DNA from: Octopus bimaculoides
Lineage: Eukaryota
Direction of reading: 5' to 3'
NCBI RefSeq assembly: GCF_001194135.2
Contig: NC_069004.1
Coordinates: 32,629,749-32,693,748, forward strand
Length of the DNA stretch: 64,000 bases
The position numbers were made by a program, and so were the translations under genes. The notes below the pieces were generated by a model. The model searched no databases and was not told the origin of the DNA. It saw only the letters and a list, made by a program, of their open reading frames with translations. Shown piece after piece: positions 38,314-52,266 of the stretch (position 1 is the stretch's first letter; each line of letters starts with the position of its first letter).

Positions 38314-39864
38314 ATGCGAGATGTATTTGTATATATAAATACACACAATACAAAAACACACACACACACACACACACACACCTTCTGCTTTGCCTCTCTC
38401 TCTCTCTATATATATATATCTATCTGTCTCTCTGTCTCTCTAACTATATCTATCTGTCTCTCTGTCTCTCTAACTATATCTGTCTGTCTGTCTGTCTCTC
38501 TAACTATGGAGTGATATTGTGTTCTGTTTGCAATGTTACAATCAATACATCTTGACACTGACACTATTAGGAAAATAGTATAGGATGGGGTAGGGTGTAC
38601 GTGTGTGTGTGTGTCGGCCACTAGTTGCTGCTGTTGCTGCTGTTGTTGCTGGTGTAGTCGGTGCAGCAGCAGCAGCAGTTTTCATATATTCTGTGCTTTC
38701 TTTCCTCTCAATCACCGCAATAAATGATGCGTAGTAATGCATGCATGATGGAGGAGGAGGAGGAGGAGGAGAGAGAGGGGGAGGAGGGGTGGCATGAAGA
38801 GAGCCGAGTCGGGTAGTTTGGTCTGCAGTGTATTATTAGTTATGTAGGTAGGGTAGTTAGGGGTGGGTAGGGAGGTAATATAAGTGGTGCAGATATNNNN
38901 NNNNNNNNNNNNNNNNNNNNNNNNNNNNNNNNNNNNNNNNNNNNNNNNNNNNNNNNNNNNNNNNNNNNNNNNNNNNNNNNNNNNNNNNNNNNNNNNNNNN
39001 NNNNNNNNNNNNNNNNNNNNNNNNNNATGCTGTTTATGTTGATTGTTGTTGTGGTGTCTGTGATTGTGGTAGTGGTGATTATGTTGTTTGCTGTGGTGGT
39101 GGTGATGGTCATGGTGGTGGTGGTGGTGGTGGTGGTGGTTGTAGTTGTTTGGTAGTGGAAGAGTGTCAGTGGTTAGGTGATGGTGGTGGTTGTGCTTATT
39201 ATGATGCTAATGATGGTGATGATGGTGTAAGATCGGTTGAACAGCATGCCTGTTGCAACAGCAGCAAGAACATCATCATAAGAAACAGCAGCTGTAGTAG
39301 CAGTAATAGTAGTGTGGTGGTGGCTGTGGCGGCAGCGGTGGTGGAAGTAGAATGATGAATGACACAATGACAACAGGAACAGCTGAATGTCTTTTCTGCA
39401 AAATATCAAAGCCAGTCGCGGATGAGTGACTACAAGTTTAGGGGGTCAGCAAGCTGGCTGCAGCTGTTGCTGTTGTTTATGAAATTTGACTGCTATGTCT
39501 AGCAAGTCGAGCAACCACGTAATAGCTCTCATGTCTTGTATTTTGATGTTGTTGTTGTTTAACTCCTTGTCAGTCCATTTCACTATCTAATGATGAAAGG
39601 CATTCCAGGTGGGACCATCCCATATATTTTTTCAAGCTTATCATCTGAGTGTGATCAGAGGGAAATTTGGTTCTTATTTCTAGCATCTTGATTGACCATG
39701 TAGAACTCACGTATTTCTGCTGTTGTATGCCTTGGTATTTCGAGATCGCTGTTTTGTAACCGAATAGCCTTACAGATGATGTCACCGTTGTTATTGATAT
39801 TGTTGTTTGTAGTGGTGGTGGTGGTGGCAGAGGGGGTGATTATAATAATAAATCATCATAACAA

Positions 39865-40100
39865 TAATTTATTCTTTTATTAGCCACAGGGGCTCGTATA
39901 AAATAACATTAAAAGACACGTAACAACATAAAAGACAAAAACAAGACGGTACAATGGGTTTTACAGCGTGTAAACAATATAAATACCAATTAAAATTGAA
40001 CAAATTAAAACTCCCAATTGGGGTGGGGGCGCTTTAAGGTCCTTGTGGAATTACAAGTGCACACTCAGAATTGGTCCTTTCACACTGGCCATTCTTAATA
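39865..40100 (-). mobile_element. 3' end of a Tx1/L1-like LINE (last codons plus 3' UTR)
   Basis: Minus strand reads RMASVKGPILSVHL* followed by a T-rich UTR ending gagcccctgtggctaataaaagaataa. Confidence 0.5.
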
Positions 40101-40284
40101 ATAATAATGATAATAATAATTACAGTTATAATTTCTTTTATTGACACAAAAAGTTGGGGTTACATTGATCAAAAAGGAAATCAACAATAAGAATAAACTA
40201 CTGCTGCTGCTAATAATAATAATAATAATGATAATAATAATGATGATGATGATGATGATGACAAAAGCAACAATAATATTCGTT

Positions 40285-40548
40285 CCTCTGGCCCCTGTGC
40301 CGGTGGCATGTAAAAACCACCATCCAATCGTGGTCGATGCCAGCTCCCTCTGGCCCCTGTGTCGGTGGCACGTAAAAAGCAGCCACTACATTCTCAGAGT
40401 GGTTGGCGTTAGGAAGGGCATCCAGCTGTAGAAACTTCTGCCAGATCAGATTGGAGCCTGGTGCAACCTCCTGGCTTCCCAGACCCCAGTCAAACCATCC
40501 AACCCATGCCAGCATGGAAAACGGACGTTAAACGATGATGATGATGAT
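40285..40548 (+). mobile_element. Well-preserved family C copy with an internal direct repeat (ctctggcccctgtg x2)
   Basis: Ends aacccatgccagcatggaaaacggacgttaaacgatgatgatgatg. Confidence 0.88.
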
Positions 40549-40611
40549 CCTGTCAAGGCCATCTTTTCTTTTCATCCTTTTGGCATCATTAAAATAAAAT
40601 CTTTTTGGGCT

Positions 40612-40717
<106 letters not shown>

Positions 40718-42322
40718 ATAGAAACTTACATACATAATATGCTCATGCAGATGCACACAAACACACACATACTTATACAGACACCTACAAACACAAACAA
40801 ATATACACCCCGCCACTTACACAGATACACACACACACACACACACATAAATCAGTGAGATCAACTTACCTTATTGACTTACCCCGCCTCTAAAATTGCT
40901 GGCCTTGTGCCAGGATTAGAAAGAATTATTCGTACAAGGACTCCATCCTCCATGTGTTTGCATATTTTTGTCTGCGCTGTATACTTCCATTTTTTAATCT
41001 CGCCTCCTCCGTCTCTCCTTTGCTTCTCTTCAGCTTTTTACGTAACCGCCCCACAAGCAAATAGTAAACCATTCTTGTTAAGTCCCACCACCACCACCAC
41101 CACCTAACCAATGCCTCCTGTTGTTGTTGTTATTAGCGATAATAAGGCAGCGAGCTGGCAGAATCGTTAGCGTGCTGGACGAAATGCTGAGCGGCGGTAT
41201 TTCATCCATCGCTACATTCTGAGTTCAAATCCTGCTGAGGTCGACTTTGCCTTTCATCCTTTCGGGGTTGAACACTGGGGTCGATGTAATTGACTCATCC
41301 CCTTCCTCAAAATTGCTGCCCTTGTGGCAAAATTTTAAGCCGTTATCATTAGCAACAGTTTGTGGCATTTCATCCATCTTCATGTTCTGAGTTCAAATTC
41401 TGCCAAGGTCAACTTTACCATTCATCATTTTGGGGTCAATAAAATAAGTACCAGTGAAATACTGGGGTTGATGTCATCGACTTCATCCCCTCCCTTGAAA
41501 TTACTGGCCTTGTGTCAGAATTTTAAACCATTATTATTGGCAACATTTTATTATTATTATTATTATTATTGCCAGTGCCGCCTGACTGGCTCTTGTGCCA
41601 GTGGTACATAAAAAGCACCCACTACACTCTCAAAGTGGTTAGCATTAGGAAGGGCATCCAGCTGTAGAAACCTTGCCAAATCACACTGGAACCTGGTGCA
41701 GCCTCTCGACTTGCCAGTTCTCAGTCAAACCGTCCAACCCATGCCAGCAGGGAAAGCAGACGTTAAACAACGATGACGACGATGATGATTTTCACTTTCT
41801 TAGTTCAAATTCCACCGAGGTTAGCTTTGCCTTTCATCCTTTTGGGGTTGATAAATTAAGTACCATTGGAGTACTGGGGTCAGTGTAATCAACTAGTCCC
41901 GTCTTGCCAAATTTCAGGCTTTGTGCTTCCAGTAGAAAGGATTATTATTATTANNNNNNNNNNNNNNNNNNNNNNNNNNNNNNNNNNNNNNNNNNNNNNN
42001 NNNNNNCCCCACATTGTATTGTGTTGTACTGTCCCCAATGTTTTTTTTGTGAATCCTTAGGGGTAAATAAAGAATGCATTATTATTATTATTATTATTAA
42101 GGTTGTTTAAGGCGGTGAGCTGGCAGAATCATTAACATGCCGGGCAAAATGCTTAGTGGCACTTCATCCATTTTTACGTTCTGTGTTCAAATTCCACCGA
42201 GGTTAGCTTTGCCTTTCATCCTTTTGGGGTTGATAAATTAAGTACCATTGGAGTACTGGGGTCAGTGTAATCAACTAGTCCCGTCTTGCCAAATTTCAGG
42301 CTTTGTGCTTCCAGTAGAAAGG

Positions 42323-42358
<36 letters not shown>

Positions 42359-43534
42359 ATCATTATTATTAGTGCTGTTATGTAATTGGCAATGATGTTG
42401 CTGGATTGTACTGTGGCAATGAGGATAATTTATGAGAAGCAAGGGATAGGTGAGGGTGGTGACTGTTGAGGAATAACTCTCTTTGTTGTTGTTTTTGCGG
42501 CAGCGAGGTGCTGATTATACACCGGGGATTATGATAATTTATGAGATGTGGTAGAGGGAAGAGGTGGGTGGGAAGATTTATGAGGATTACTGATGGTGGT
42601 GATGACGATGGTGATAATTGTTGTTAATACTGCTGCTGACAATATTCAATCATCCAACGTCGATCAAGCAGAGCTAACAGACGACTAACGAGAGTAGCCA
42701 ATCGAAAATGTTTAACAGTGGCACAGACACACACGCACACATACATACATGCACACATGTATTGCATGTGTGCATACACACACAGACATACAAATAGACA
42801 TGCAAGCACAGACATAGACACACAAACACACTCAAACAGCTACACACATGCATATACACAGACATACACTCACGTATACATATATACACATGCACAAAGA
42901 ACACAGACACACACACACACACATGTATGCATACACACGGAATACACATGTGCACACACACACACACACATATAGGCATCTACATACACTTACACAAACT
43001 CACACACACAAACATACATGTAGACACAAACATTCATCCAGATGCACATACGCACGCACACACGCACACAGCCATTCACAGACATGCATCCACACATACA
43101 CGCACACACACACACACAGCTCCCCCCTCACACACAGATGCAAAGGATGAGGGGGGGATTTGACCTACTTACCATTTACCCCTCCTCCTCCTCCTCCTTC
43201 CTCTCTTATTCATTGTATTGATTCTGAAATGAAAGAGGAAGGCCAGGTTGACCTTGTCTCTATTTGAACTCTAACCTCTTCACTCAGAACGTTTAACCAT
43301 TGCATGGATGCCCTCACCAGACCAGTGCAGGGATTGCCAAGCAACAGTGAAAGGGTGTGGCATGTTGCTGGGTCTAGGGGATGGTATTTTTGGGAAGTTT
43401 GGGTTGAAGGTAATGTGTGTGTGTGTGTGTGTGGCTTCATTTTTGAAGGATTCTGTCCGTGTTAAGTTTGCGATTCCAGACAAACAAGCTAATCAATGGT
43501 TCCAATGACTGAAACAAGGGAAAGCTAACAGATG

Positions 43535-43569
<35 letters not shown>

Positions 43570-43774
43570 NNNNNNNNNNTATATACACACATATATATAT
43601 ATATATATATACACAGTGGGATGACTTTCAGTTTCCATCTACTAAATTTACTCACGTGGCTTTGGTTGGCCTGGGGCTTTTGTAGAAGAAACTTGTCCAA
43701 AGTACTGCACTGAGGGAATGAACTACACAGTCATGTCAGCACTTGTATGTAAGTGTGTGCTGACATACATAAAG

Positions 43775-44104
43775 GTTGAAGGGTCAAGACCCCCTTCAGT
43801 CATGAATGACCATGAGGTTGCATCTAGATAGTTACCCCCTGAGGCACAAGTCCAGGCAATGTTGTTTATGGAAGACCAACAGCCACCCTTCTACATGCCA
43901 GTGATGTTATCCAAGGGAAAAGCAAAGGCTATGATACAGTTTGGCACCAGTGATGTCACAACTCATTTCTACAGCTGAGGGAACTGGAGCAACGTGTAAT
44001 AAAGTGTCTTGCTCAAGAACACAGCACACATCCTGGTCCAGGAATCAAACTCACCACCTTATGATTGTGAGCCCAACGCTGTGACTACTGAGCCATGCAC
44101 CTTT
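43775..44104 (-). mobile_element. SINE family F copy
   Basis: Reverse-complement homology to 54181-54527; acatacata on both flanks may be a TSD. Confidence 0.82.
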
Positions 44105-44659
44105 ACATACATACATATGTACATAGTTTGACAGATGTATGTATGTAGATAAATATACAAATAGCTAAACAGATAATGGCTGGATAGATAGATAAAATAT
44201 AGATGATATGTGTATTAACTTTCACAAAGAAAAGTCTGACAGTGACTTCGAAGTTTGGCTTGCTTGTCTTCAATGTAATAAATCTGTATTTTACTCAAAA
44301 GCATGGAGTAATTTCTTCAGTGTTTGAGGCTAAAACTAAATTGATTTTATATATAACTTGATAAAAAGCAAACAGCAACACACACACATTTACATAAATA
44401 TTAGATATTATAAGCATTATTAGTATGCTCACTTTATTGGCAAATATATGAGTGGCTGTTTTTTTTTACTAACATAGATTTTTAGATGACTAAATGAATA
44501 TAGACTTGGTGGAAATTTTTCTACTTGTATATGTTGTGGTGAAATTTTCCTGTTTGAATTTGGACTTAAATCTCACATACAAGAACATAATAGAGCACTT
44601 CTTATTGATTATAGTACATACCTATTAATTCACCCTTCTCAATGCCACATGCATCACAG

Positions 44660-44782
44660 GATCTGCAAATCTCAAAGAGATCCAAAGAAACATTTCAAGG
44701 TTCAGCAACATCAGACACCGCACACAGCCAGTTCGAACTGCACCAAAGCAAGTGCGCAATTTATGTGGATGTCTTCTTAAAA
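44660..44782 (+). CDS. Candidate symmetric 123-nt coding exon: (G)SANLKEIQRNISRFSNIRHRTQPVRTAPKQVRNLCGCLLK in phase 1-1, or DLQISKRSKETFQGSATSDTAHSQFELHQSKCAIYVDVFLK in phase 0-0
   Basis: Acceptor cccttctcaatgccacatgcatcacag|G, donor AAA|gtatgt, length divisible by 3, CpG-containing unique sequence, two frames open. Phase 1 would join directly to the 26161 exon. Confidence 0.5.
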
Positions 44783-45737
44783 GTATGTGTGTTCTAGGAA
44801 GCTACATAAGGTCTCATGCCAAAACTGAGTGTCTTGTGCACTGAAGTGGTCAAGCTTTGTACTGAGCAGACAACCATCACATGTATATATTTGTGTGTGT
44901 GTACATACATGTGTGTTTGTGTGGGTGGGTGTATGTATGTATGTATATATATATGTTCAGATTCAGAGAGAGTGAGAAAAAGACAGATGGCCCTGGAACA
45001 GATAATAATTGCAATCTTTTAGCCTCGTTTAAATCACAGACAATGTGGTCTTGTTCCTTTAATTAAATCAATTCAATTATGAATATGCAATTACATGTGC
45101 CACACTGAGAATATTATTTGTCTGCAGTGATAGCCATGGTGGTTTTGTTGGATGGACATGATGGTGATGGCGGTGGCCGTGGTGATGACGGTGGGGTCTT
45201 GGTGACAGTGGAAGTGATTGTTTCAGTTAACCTTTAGGCCTGTCTACACAAGAAGTTATCCAAGCAGGCACCAAATAATTGTTCTGGTTTAATATTACAT
45301 TCTAGCGCATGGCAAGAATGTAATATTCTATGAAATATCTTGAAACTCATTACTACAAGATTCTAGTCATCACCACCACCACGACCACCACCATCAACAA
45401 CAACAACAACAACTATATAATTGTATTTATTAGATTTATATATGAATTTTATATTGTGGTTTGTGAACAGGAGTGTTATTGGTTGAAATGTTCCAATGGG
45501 CCATATATTGCATTTCTGGCGGCAGCAGCAATGACAAGGGAGTATTTATAACTCAGTGAAGAACATATATCTCAATGTACTCTGTTTGAAATGCAGTGGT
45601 TTTTGAAAAGTACTTCACTGAAATACATCAGGGGAAGCTATATACATACAGAAATAGATATGTGTGTTTGTGTGTTTGTGAGGGTGTGTATATATATATG
45701 CGTATATGTGAGGGTGTGTGTGTGTATATATATATGC

Positions 45738-45856
45738 GTATAAGAAGAGATGACCACTAAGTGGACATCCAATATGCTAGAAAGAGGTCATCCGGGTCGT
45801 TGATGACCTCTTTCTAGCATATTGGATGTCCACTTAGTGGTCATCCCTTCTTATAC
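45738..45856. repeat. Near-perfect hairpin, 55-bp arms (1 mismatch), 9-nt loop
   Basis: 45738-45792 versus 45802-45856; loop cgggtcgtt. Confidence 0.95.
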
Positions 45857-46220
45857 ACATGTAATACAACTTTTCTGAATTTTCAGATTCTTTATATGCT
45901 AGGCCACTGGTTTTTAATTGATGTTAATTAAATTAATATCCAATTTATCACCCTTGCCTGATCAAAGAAAATGGATTTTTTTTTTCAAGTGGTTTGTTAT
46001 TGAGCATTTGATTTCAATTGCTACAATCACATGCATACATGTATATAAAAATATGTCCATAGATATGAGTGTGTGTGTGTGTGTGNNNNNNNNNNNNNNN
46101 NNNNNNNNNNNNNNNNNNNNNNNNNNNNNNNNNNNNNNNNNNNNNNNNNNNNNNNNNNNNNNNNNNNNNNNNNNNNNNNNNNNNNNNNNNNNNNNNNNNN
46201 NNNNNNNNNNNNNNNNNNNN

Positions 46221-46254
<34 letters not shown>

Positions 46255-46272
46255 TCATTCATTCAGACACAC

Positions 46273-46720
46273 ACATGTGGTCATGAATGTTTGGTGATAA
46301 TCAAAAGACTATAACCATGAATACAAGCACCCAAAATAGGGTCCTTGCAAAGATCCTCTGGGTTAACATTATCCAACAGGGTACATAGCTTGGGAATCAG
46401 AGATCCTCTTCAGCTCAAGCTGCTGCTTCCCTGCTTCGAGGGGTCACAGCTTCAGTAGTAAGGACATGTGATTATAATATTGCAGGGAAGAATTGCAAGA
46501 TGAATTCTTCAAGCTAATCCAACAGGCTGGAGACCTAGGGAGTAGATTAAGGATTGAGATGGCTGGATTAAATGATATCGACAGGCTCAGTTGGTTATGT
46601 TTGGGAATCCAGCCAAAAACTGATGGTTACTTCTGAAAGGGCCTTATGGGAGAAGTGCCTGAGGATTTTGACTTCACGACCCTCTCGGGAATAGTGGGTG
46701 GAGTAGATCAAAGGGTCGAT
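46273..46720 (+). mobile_element. Degenerate RTE-clade (Rex3/Expander-like) LINE, 3' end of the reverse transcriptase ORF
   Basis: Conceptual translation with stops and frameshifts: TCGHECLV / EIQAPKIGSLQRSSGLTLSNRVHSLGIRDPLQLKLLLPCFEGSQLQ**GHVIIILQGRIAR*ILQANPTGWRPRE / LSWLCLGIQP / ERALWEKCLRILTSRPSRE*. This matches the RTE C-terminal pattern as recalled (IQAAEM..FLRR..G.TL.DRVRS..IR..SQLRW.GHV.RM..RPRGRP). Confidence 0.85.
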
Positions 46721-46919
46721 ATATTTGTGTGTGTATGTGTAATATATATGGATAGATGTGTGTGTGTGTATACACACGTGGATGTGTATATGTATATATA
46801 TATACACACATACACATGTATATGTGTGTTTTGATATAATATGTATATATTCATACATACACACATACACACACATGTATGTATGTATATATGTATGTAT
46901 ATATGCATGTATATAAACA

Positions 46920-46962
<43 letters not shown>

Positions 46963-47485
46963 CGTTATTCTGATGTTATTCTATTATATGCATGGAGTAC
47001 TTTTCTGTCATTGTCTGGACACACACTCCCTCGTATTCCATACAATTGGTAGTTTTTTTTAGAAGTTATAATTTTTTTTCTTTTCCTTCACTTCCTTCTC
47101 TTTTGGTCCCATTCTTCTACTCCGCTTTTATTTGTTAATCTCACCCCATTTCAAAGTCAATAGAAAGAATAAAAGAGAGAAATGAAACGAAATGGAAAAT
47201 TCCAAACCTGTAAATGTTGTAGCTTGCTGAGTTACCTCCCTTTACATAGCAGAAACAAAATTTCCTTGAGCAAACAATTATACTTCACTTCCAGCCCCCC
47301 AGGGACCGGTAGGAACTTGGGCTCATATCTGAGTTCTGTGGTACTAAGGAGTTGAGGGAGTGAGTCTTTTTCATTGGGTCATTATATCCAAGTTTAAAAA
47401 AGAGGTGGGGGTCACCCACTCAACACATGGAGAGAAAGGCTCACTACATGTTTTAAGTTATACATCTCCATTCACATCCTGAGTG

Positions 47486-47857
47486 TTTTATCTTACGTAT
47501 CTTTCACATGGTTCGGTCATTGGACTACTGTCATGCTGGAGCACCATCTCGAAGGGTTTAGTTGAACAAATAAACCCTAGTACTTATTTTAATATTTGTT
47601 ACTTATTCTATTGTTCTCTTGCTGGACTGCTAGGCTGTGGGGGATGTAAGCAAACCAACACCGTTTGTCAAGCAATGGTGGAGGACCATCTGAAACACAC
47701 ATACACATGGGATGAACTTCCACACAGTTTCCATCTAGCAGATTCACTCACAAGGCATTGGTCAGCCCAGGGCTATTGGAGAAGACGCAACCTGAGGTGG
47801 TTTGTAGTGGGACCAAATCTGAAGAAATTGTGTGGTTGTAAAGCAAGCTTAAACCCC
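47486..47857 (-). mobile_element. SINE family B copy
   Basis: Reverse-complement homology to 12166-12542 and 37871-38313. Confidence 0.75.
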
Positions 47858-50800
47858 TCTTTTTGACTGGTCTCTTGTTTTATCAATCTTTGAAATACAT
47901 GGTTATCCAGTAAATGAAACATTAGGCAAAAATGTTACCCCCTTAATGCATGATAAAGGGCCATTGCTAAATACAACTCTACTGGATCTACCAATCCCAC
48001 TGAATTCTGTGATTTAGTCAAGAGGTATTTCCACAGATCATCATCATCGTCGTCATCATCTTCATCATTTAATATCAGTTTTCCATCCTGGCACGGGTTG
48101 GATGGTTTGACAGGAACCAGCAAGCCACAGGATTGTGTTGAGCTCCAGTGTCAGCTTTGGCATGGTTTCTATGACTGGACACTCTTCTTGACTCCAGCTA
48201 CTTTTCAGTGTGTACTGGGCTTTTTTTTTTTTTTTTCTTGCCACCAGCACTGGTGAAGTTGCTAGGCAACTTGTAACACAAGAAAGAACATGAGAGGGAA
48301 AAGGGGGAAAATCCATCCCCTTGTTGTGAGGGTGGGTGGCAGAGATAGTTATATGCCAAGTGTTGAAGGCCTTAAAATTTATGACAGGGGACCAAATCAC
48401 TACATAAGTGATCTTAATCATTTGTCATTCATAGTGGGTCAGACTGCATTCACTAAGTCCAGTACCAGTAATAACAAGGGGACAGAGAGGGAGCATGGCT
48501 GGATGAATGGATGTGAGCCAACCATCCAGTTTGAATACCTTTAATCTTTGTTGTTTCTTCTGGGTCTATAATGAGCAGGTGTTCCAGCCATGCTCATCCC
48601 ATCCTTTCATCAGTCACACAGTGTAACTTGAACTACATTATCTTATCTTTTATCTTTTGCTTGTTTTAGTCATTAGACTGCAGCCATTCTGGGGAATTGT
48701 CTTGAAGAATTTTAGTTGAACAAATCCACCTCCATATTTCTTTTTATTGGTATCTTTTGTTGAACTGTTAAGTTATGGGGATGTAAACACACTAACACCA
48801 ATTGTCAAGCAGTGGTGAGACACACACACACGCACGCATGCATGCCAGGCTTCTTTCAGCTTCCATCTGCCAAATCCACTTGTAAGGCTTTGGCCAGAAC
48901 AAGGCTATAGTAGAAGACATTTGCTCAAGGTGCCACACAATGGGACTGAACCCAGAACCATGTGGTTGGGAAGTACACTTCTTACAACATATCCACGCCT
49001 ATGTGTCATTCTTTTGTTTTTTAACATGACAAAGTGTGTTTGAGAGAAATCTGGCTGCTATTTCTAGCGCATTGAGTGTCCATATAAAGCAATCACACAC
49101 AAACTGCAGCTCACAGAAGTTTCTTAATGGCATGCTTAATAAAAAATTACCTTAATTTTTGAGTAGTATAGCCCACCTGATGATGAGTTGTGTTTCATGC
49201 TGTCCACTTCTTGAAAGGGGTTGTCTTTACTTGTTCCTCCTTATTTTATAAGCAATGTTGTTTTGCCCCAGGTCAACTCTGATCCCAGCACACCTATGAT
49301 TGAACCGACGTTTTGCTATTGAAGATGTCTCGTCTCTTATTCAAATACATATCTAGGACCTCATTATTATCCTGTGCCTTTTTTAATGACACAAAATTAA
49401 GTTCGTTTCATGCCCACTTGTCATTTAAAAAAATTTTTTTAACTACAATAAAGATTTGATTTGAGGAAGATTTGGCTAATATTTCATGCTGATCAAATAA
49501 AACCTATTGGGATTCAGATATTGACTTTGCTTATGTCATTCTGATCTGACAGACCTATAGTCAAAACTCTTCCAGATGTGACCAATCCATTTGTTTTTTG
49601 GGTTTTTTTGTAAAAATACTCTATTTATGATTACATTATTGAATATATTCGATCTTTTTTCTTTTTTTTTTTTTGAGATTCATTTGGCTACTAATTCTAT
49701 CAGGTCACCCTAACTCTCAGAATTTTCTTCTGTGTGTCTGTGACGCCCTAGACATGCTACATAGGTGCGTTTACATCTCCATAACTTAGCAGTTCAGAAA
49801 AAGAGACTGATAGAATAAGTACTAGGTTTACAAAGAATAAGTCCTGGGGTCAATTTCTGTGACTAAAAACCCATTCAGGTGGTACTCCAGCATGACCGCT
49901 GTCAAATGACAAAAACAAATAACAGAATAACAGAAAGTGTGTGTGTGTGTGTGTGCGCATATACATTATATATTCCACTGTATATGTAGTGGAAATGCGT
50001 AGTTACATATATGAATTTAATTGTTTGTGGATTAATTGTAACTTTGATTTGATGAAAACGACAATGAAAACCATTTGAAAAAGAAATAGATATCACTGTG
50101 CTTCCACGTGGGAAAGACATCATCTGGCAGCAATGTGGAAAGTCTGCCTGGGAAATCACACAAAGTATCTGAGAGAGTAAAGATAGCAGCTAGGAGTGAA
50201 GCGATTAAACGTTGACTTTTAACTGTGTATGAGTGGTTGAAAGTGTTGTAGATGTGTCTCTATATTGTGTAAGAATAGGACCGAAAGATGTTGAATATGA
50301 AGAGAACTGCAAGAAAGAGACCGATGATTCAACTCTTTTGTTACCATTATTTCTGTTGAAACACTCTGCCTTTATTTCAATTGATTTTGAAAATAATGGA
50401 GAATTTAGTAAAATAACCTTGTCATTACTAAGCTCGTGTTTGAGACATAAATTAACATGAAATCTCATGAAAGGCGCAGGAGTGGCTGTGTGGTAAGTAG
50501 CTTGCTTACCAACCACATGGTTCTGGGTTCAGTCCCACTGCGTGGCACCTTGGGCAGGTTTCTTCTACTATAGCCTTGGGCTGACCAAAGCCTTGTGAGT
50601 GGATGCCAGTAGCCTCTGACTGACTCCTGTGCTGGTAGCACATAAAAAGCACCATCCAAACGTGAGCAATGCCAGTGCCACTAGTGGCACGTAAAAAGCA
50701 GCCACTACATTCTTGGAGTGATTGGCGTTAGGAAGGGCATCCAGCTGTAGAAACATTGCCAGATCAGATTGGAGCCTGGTNNNNNNNNNNNNNNNNNNNN

Positions 50801-51007
50801 NNNNNNNNNNNNNNNNNNNNNNNNNNNNNNNNNNNNNNNNNNNNNNNNNNNNNNNNNNNNNNNNNNNNNNNNNNNNNNNNNNNNNNNNNNNNNNNNNNNN
50901 NNNNNNNNNNNNNNNNNNNNNNNNNNNNNNNNNNNNNNNNNNNNNNNNNNNNNNNNNNNNNNNNNNNNNNNNNNNNNNNNNNNNNNNNNNNNNNNNNNNN
51001 NNNNNNN

Positions 51008-51064
<57 letters not shown>

Positions 51065-52019
51065 TACACTATTTTATCAAAGCCATGATAAACTTCACAA
51101 ACTGTGAACAACTTCAGCAAAATATATTTTATGAGGTTTATTCAGTTTTAACAAAATAGCATTTTGCCCCGCCTTTTTGATATGCAAGTTCTACTTTTTC
51201 CACCTCGTTTTGCACGGATGTGCTTGCTGACTCTCACACACACACACACACACATATTGCTGAGATCATAGCAATTTAGAAACTTTCAAGAGAGTATGAT
51301 GTAATTCTTTTTTATTTCAGTAAAGCTCGGTGTAGATAAAGCTATAAATAACAACAGCATGTAAATATAAAGTTTTTAAAAAAATTCCTTTGCATAGAAA
51401 AGGTCCCAGGCTATCCATGGGTCACAAACTCACATCTTCTCTAAGCACAACTGATGTTCTACCATTGGACCAAAACAATCCTTTGAACTTCTTTATCTGT
51501 TTTAGCAACTATTCTTACTAACGAAGACTGTATTAGAATGTCTGTCATGTTTATGAAAGATATCAGTTCAAGTCACACAGGCAGCCTTTGACTTTTCTAT
51601 CCAAAGGGGTTTTTAAACCTAATGTTTAACACTCCTTTATGGCTTTGTTTGCTTTGACTTCCACTATTCCAAAAAAAGATATCTGGGTAAATTGGAAACA
51701 GTTTTTTTATTTCGATTTGTAATATTGGTTTCAAATTTTGGCACAAGGCCAGCAATGTCTGGTGGGAAAGTAAGTTGATTACACTGACCCCTAGTGGTAC
51801 TTGTTTCCTCAACCCCGAAAGGATGAAAGGCAAAGTAGATCTCAGTGGAATTTGAACTCAGAACATAAAAAGCCAGCTAAATACCACCATATATATATAT
51901 ACAGAGAGAGAGAGATTTTAATTATAATGTATTTGTAATTTTGTATTGTTAGATTGTTCTAAAAATATGCAAGAACTGAATAAACATTGAAAGAATGAAC
52001 AACAATAAAAGACTCTATT

Positions 52020-52051
<32 letters not shown>

Positions 52052-52064
52052 TGGGTGTGTGTGT

Positions 52065-52122
<58 letters not shown>

Positions 52123-52234
52123 GTGAGTGAGAGATGTAAAGGGTAGTTCTCAATAGTGAGGTCGTTTCTGAACATCTATTGAGAATAAACTAGTTCAGGG
52201 AAGCATCTAGAAACTCAAACATTTGGTCTAGTAA

Positions 52235-52266
<32 letters not shown>

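Noticed and set aside
45500-45512. CArG-like box ccatatattg
   Set aside because: One mismatch to CC(A/T)6GG; single short motif expected by chance in AT-rich DNA.
51506-51591. Strong acceptor followed by TILTNEDCIRMSVMFMKDISSSHTGSL*
   Set aside because: Phase-compatible with 44782, but 27 open codons is unremarkable by chance and there is no other support.
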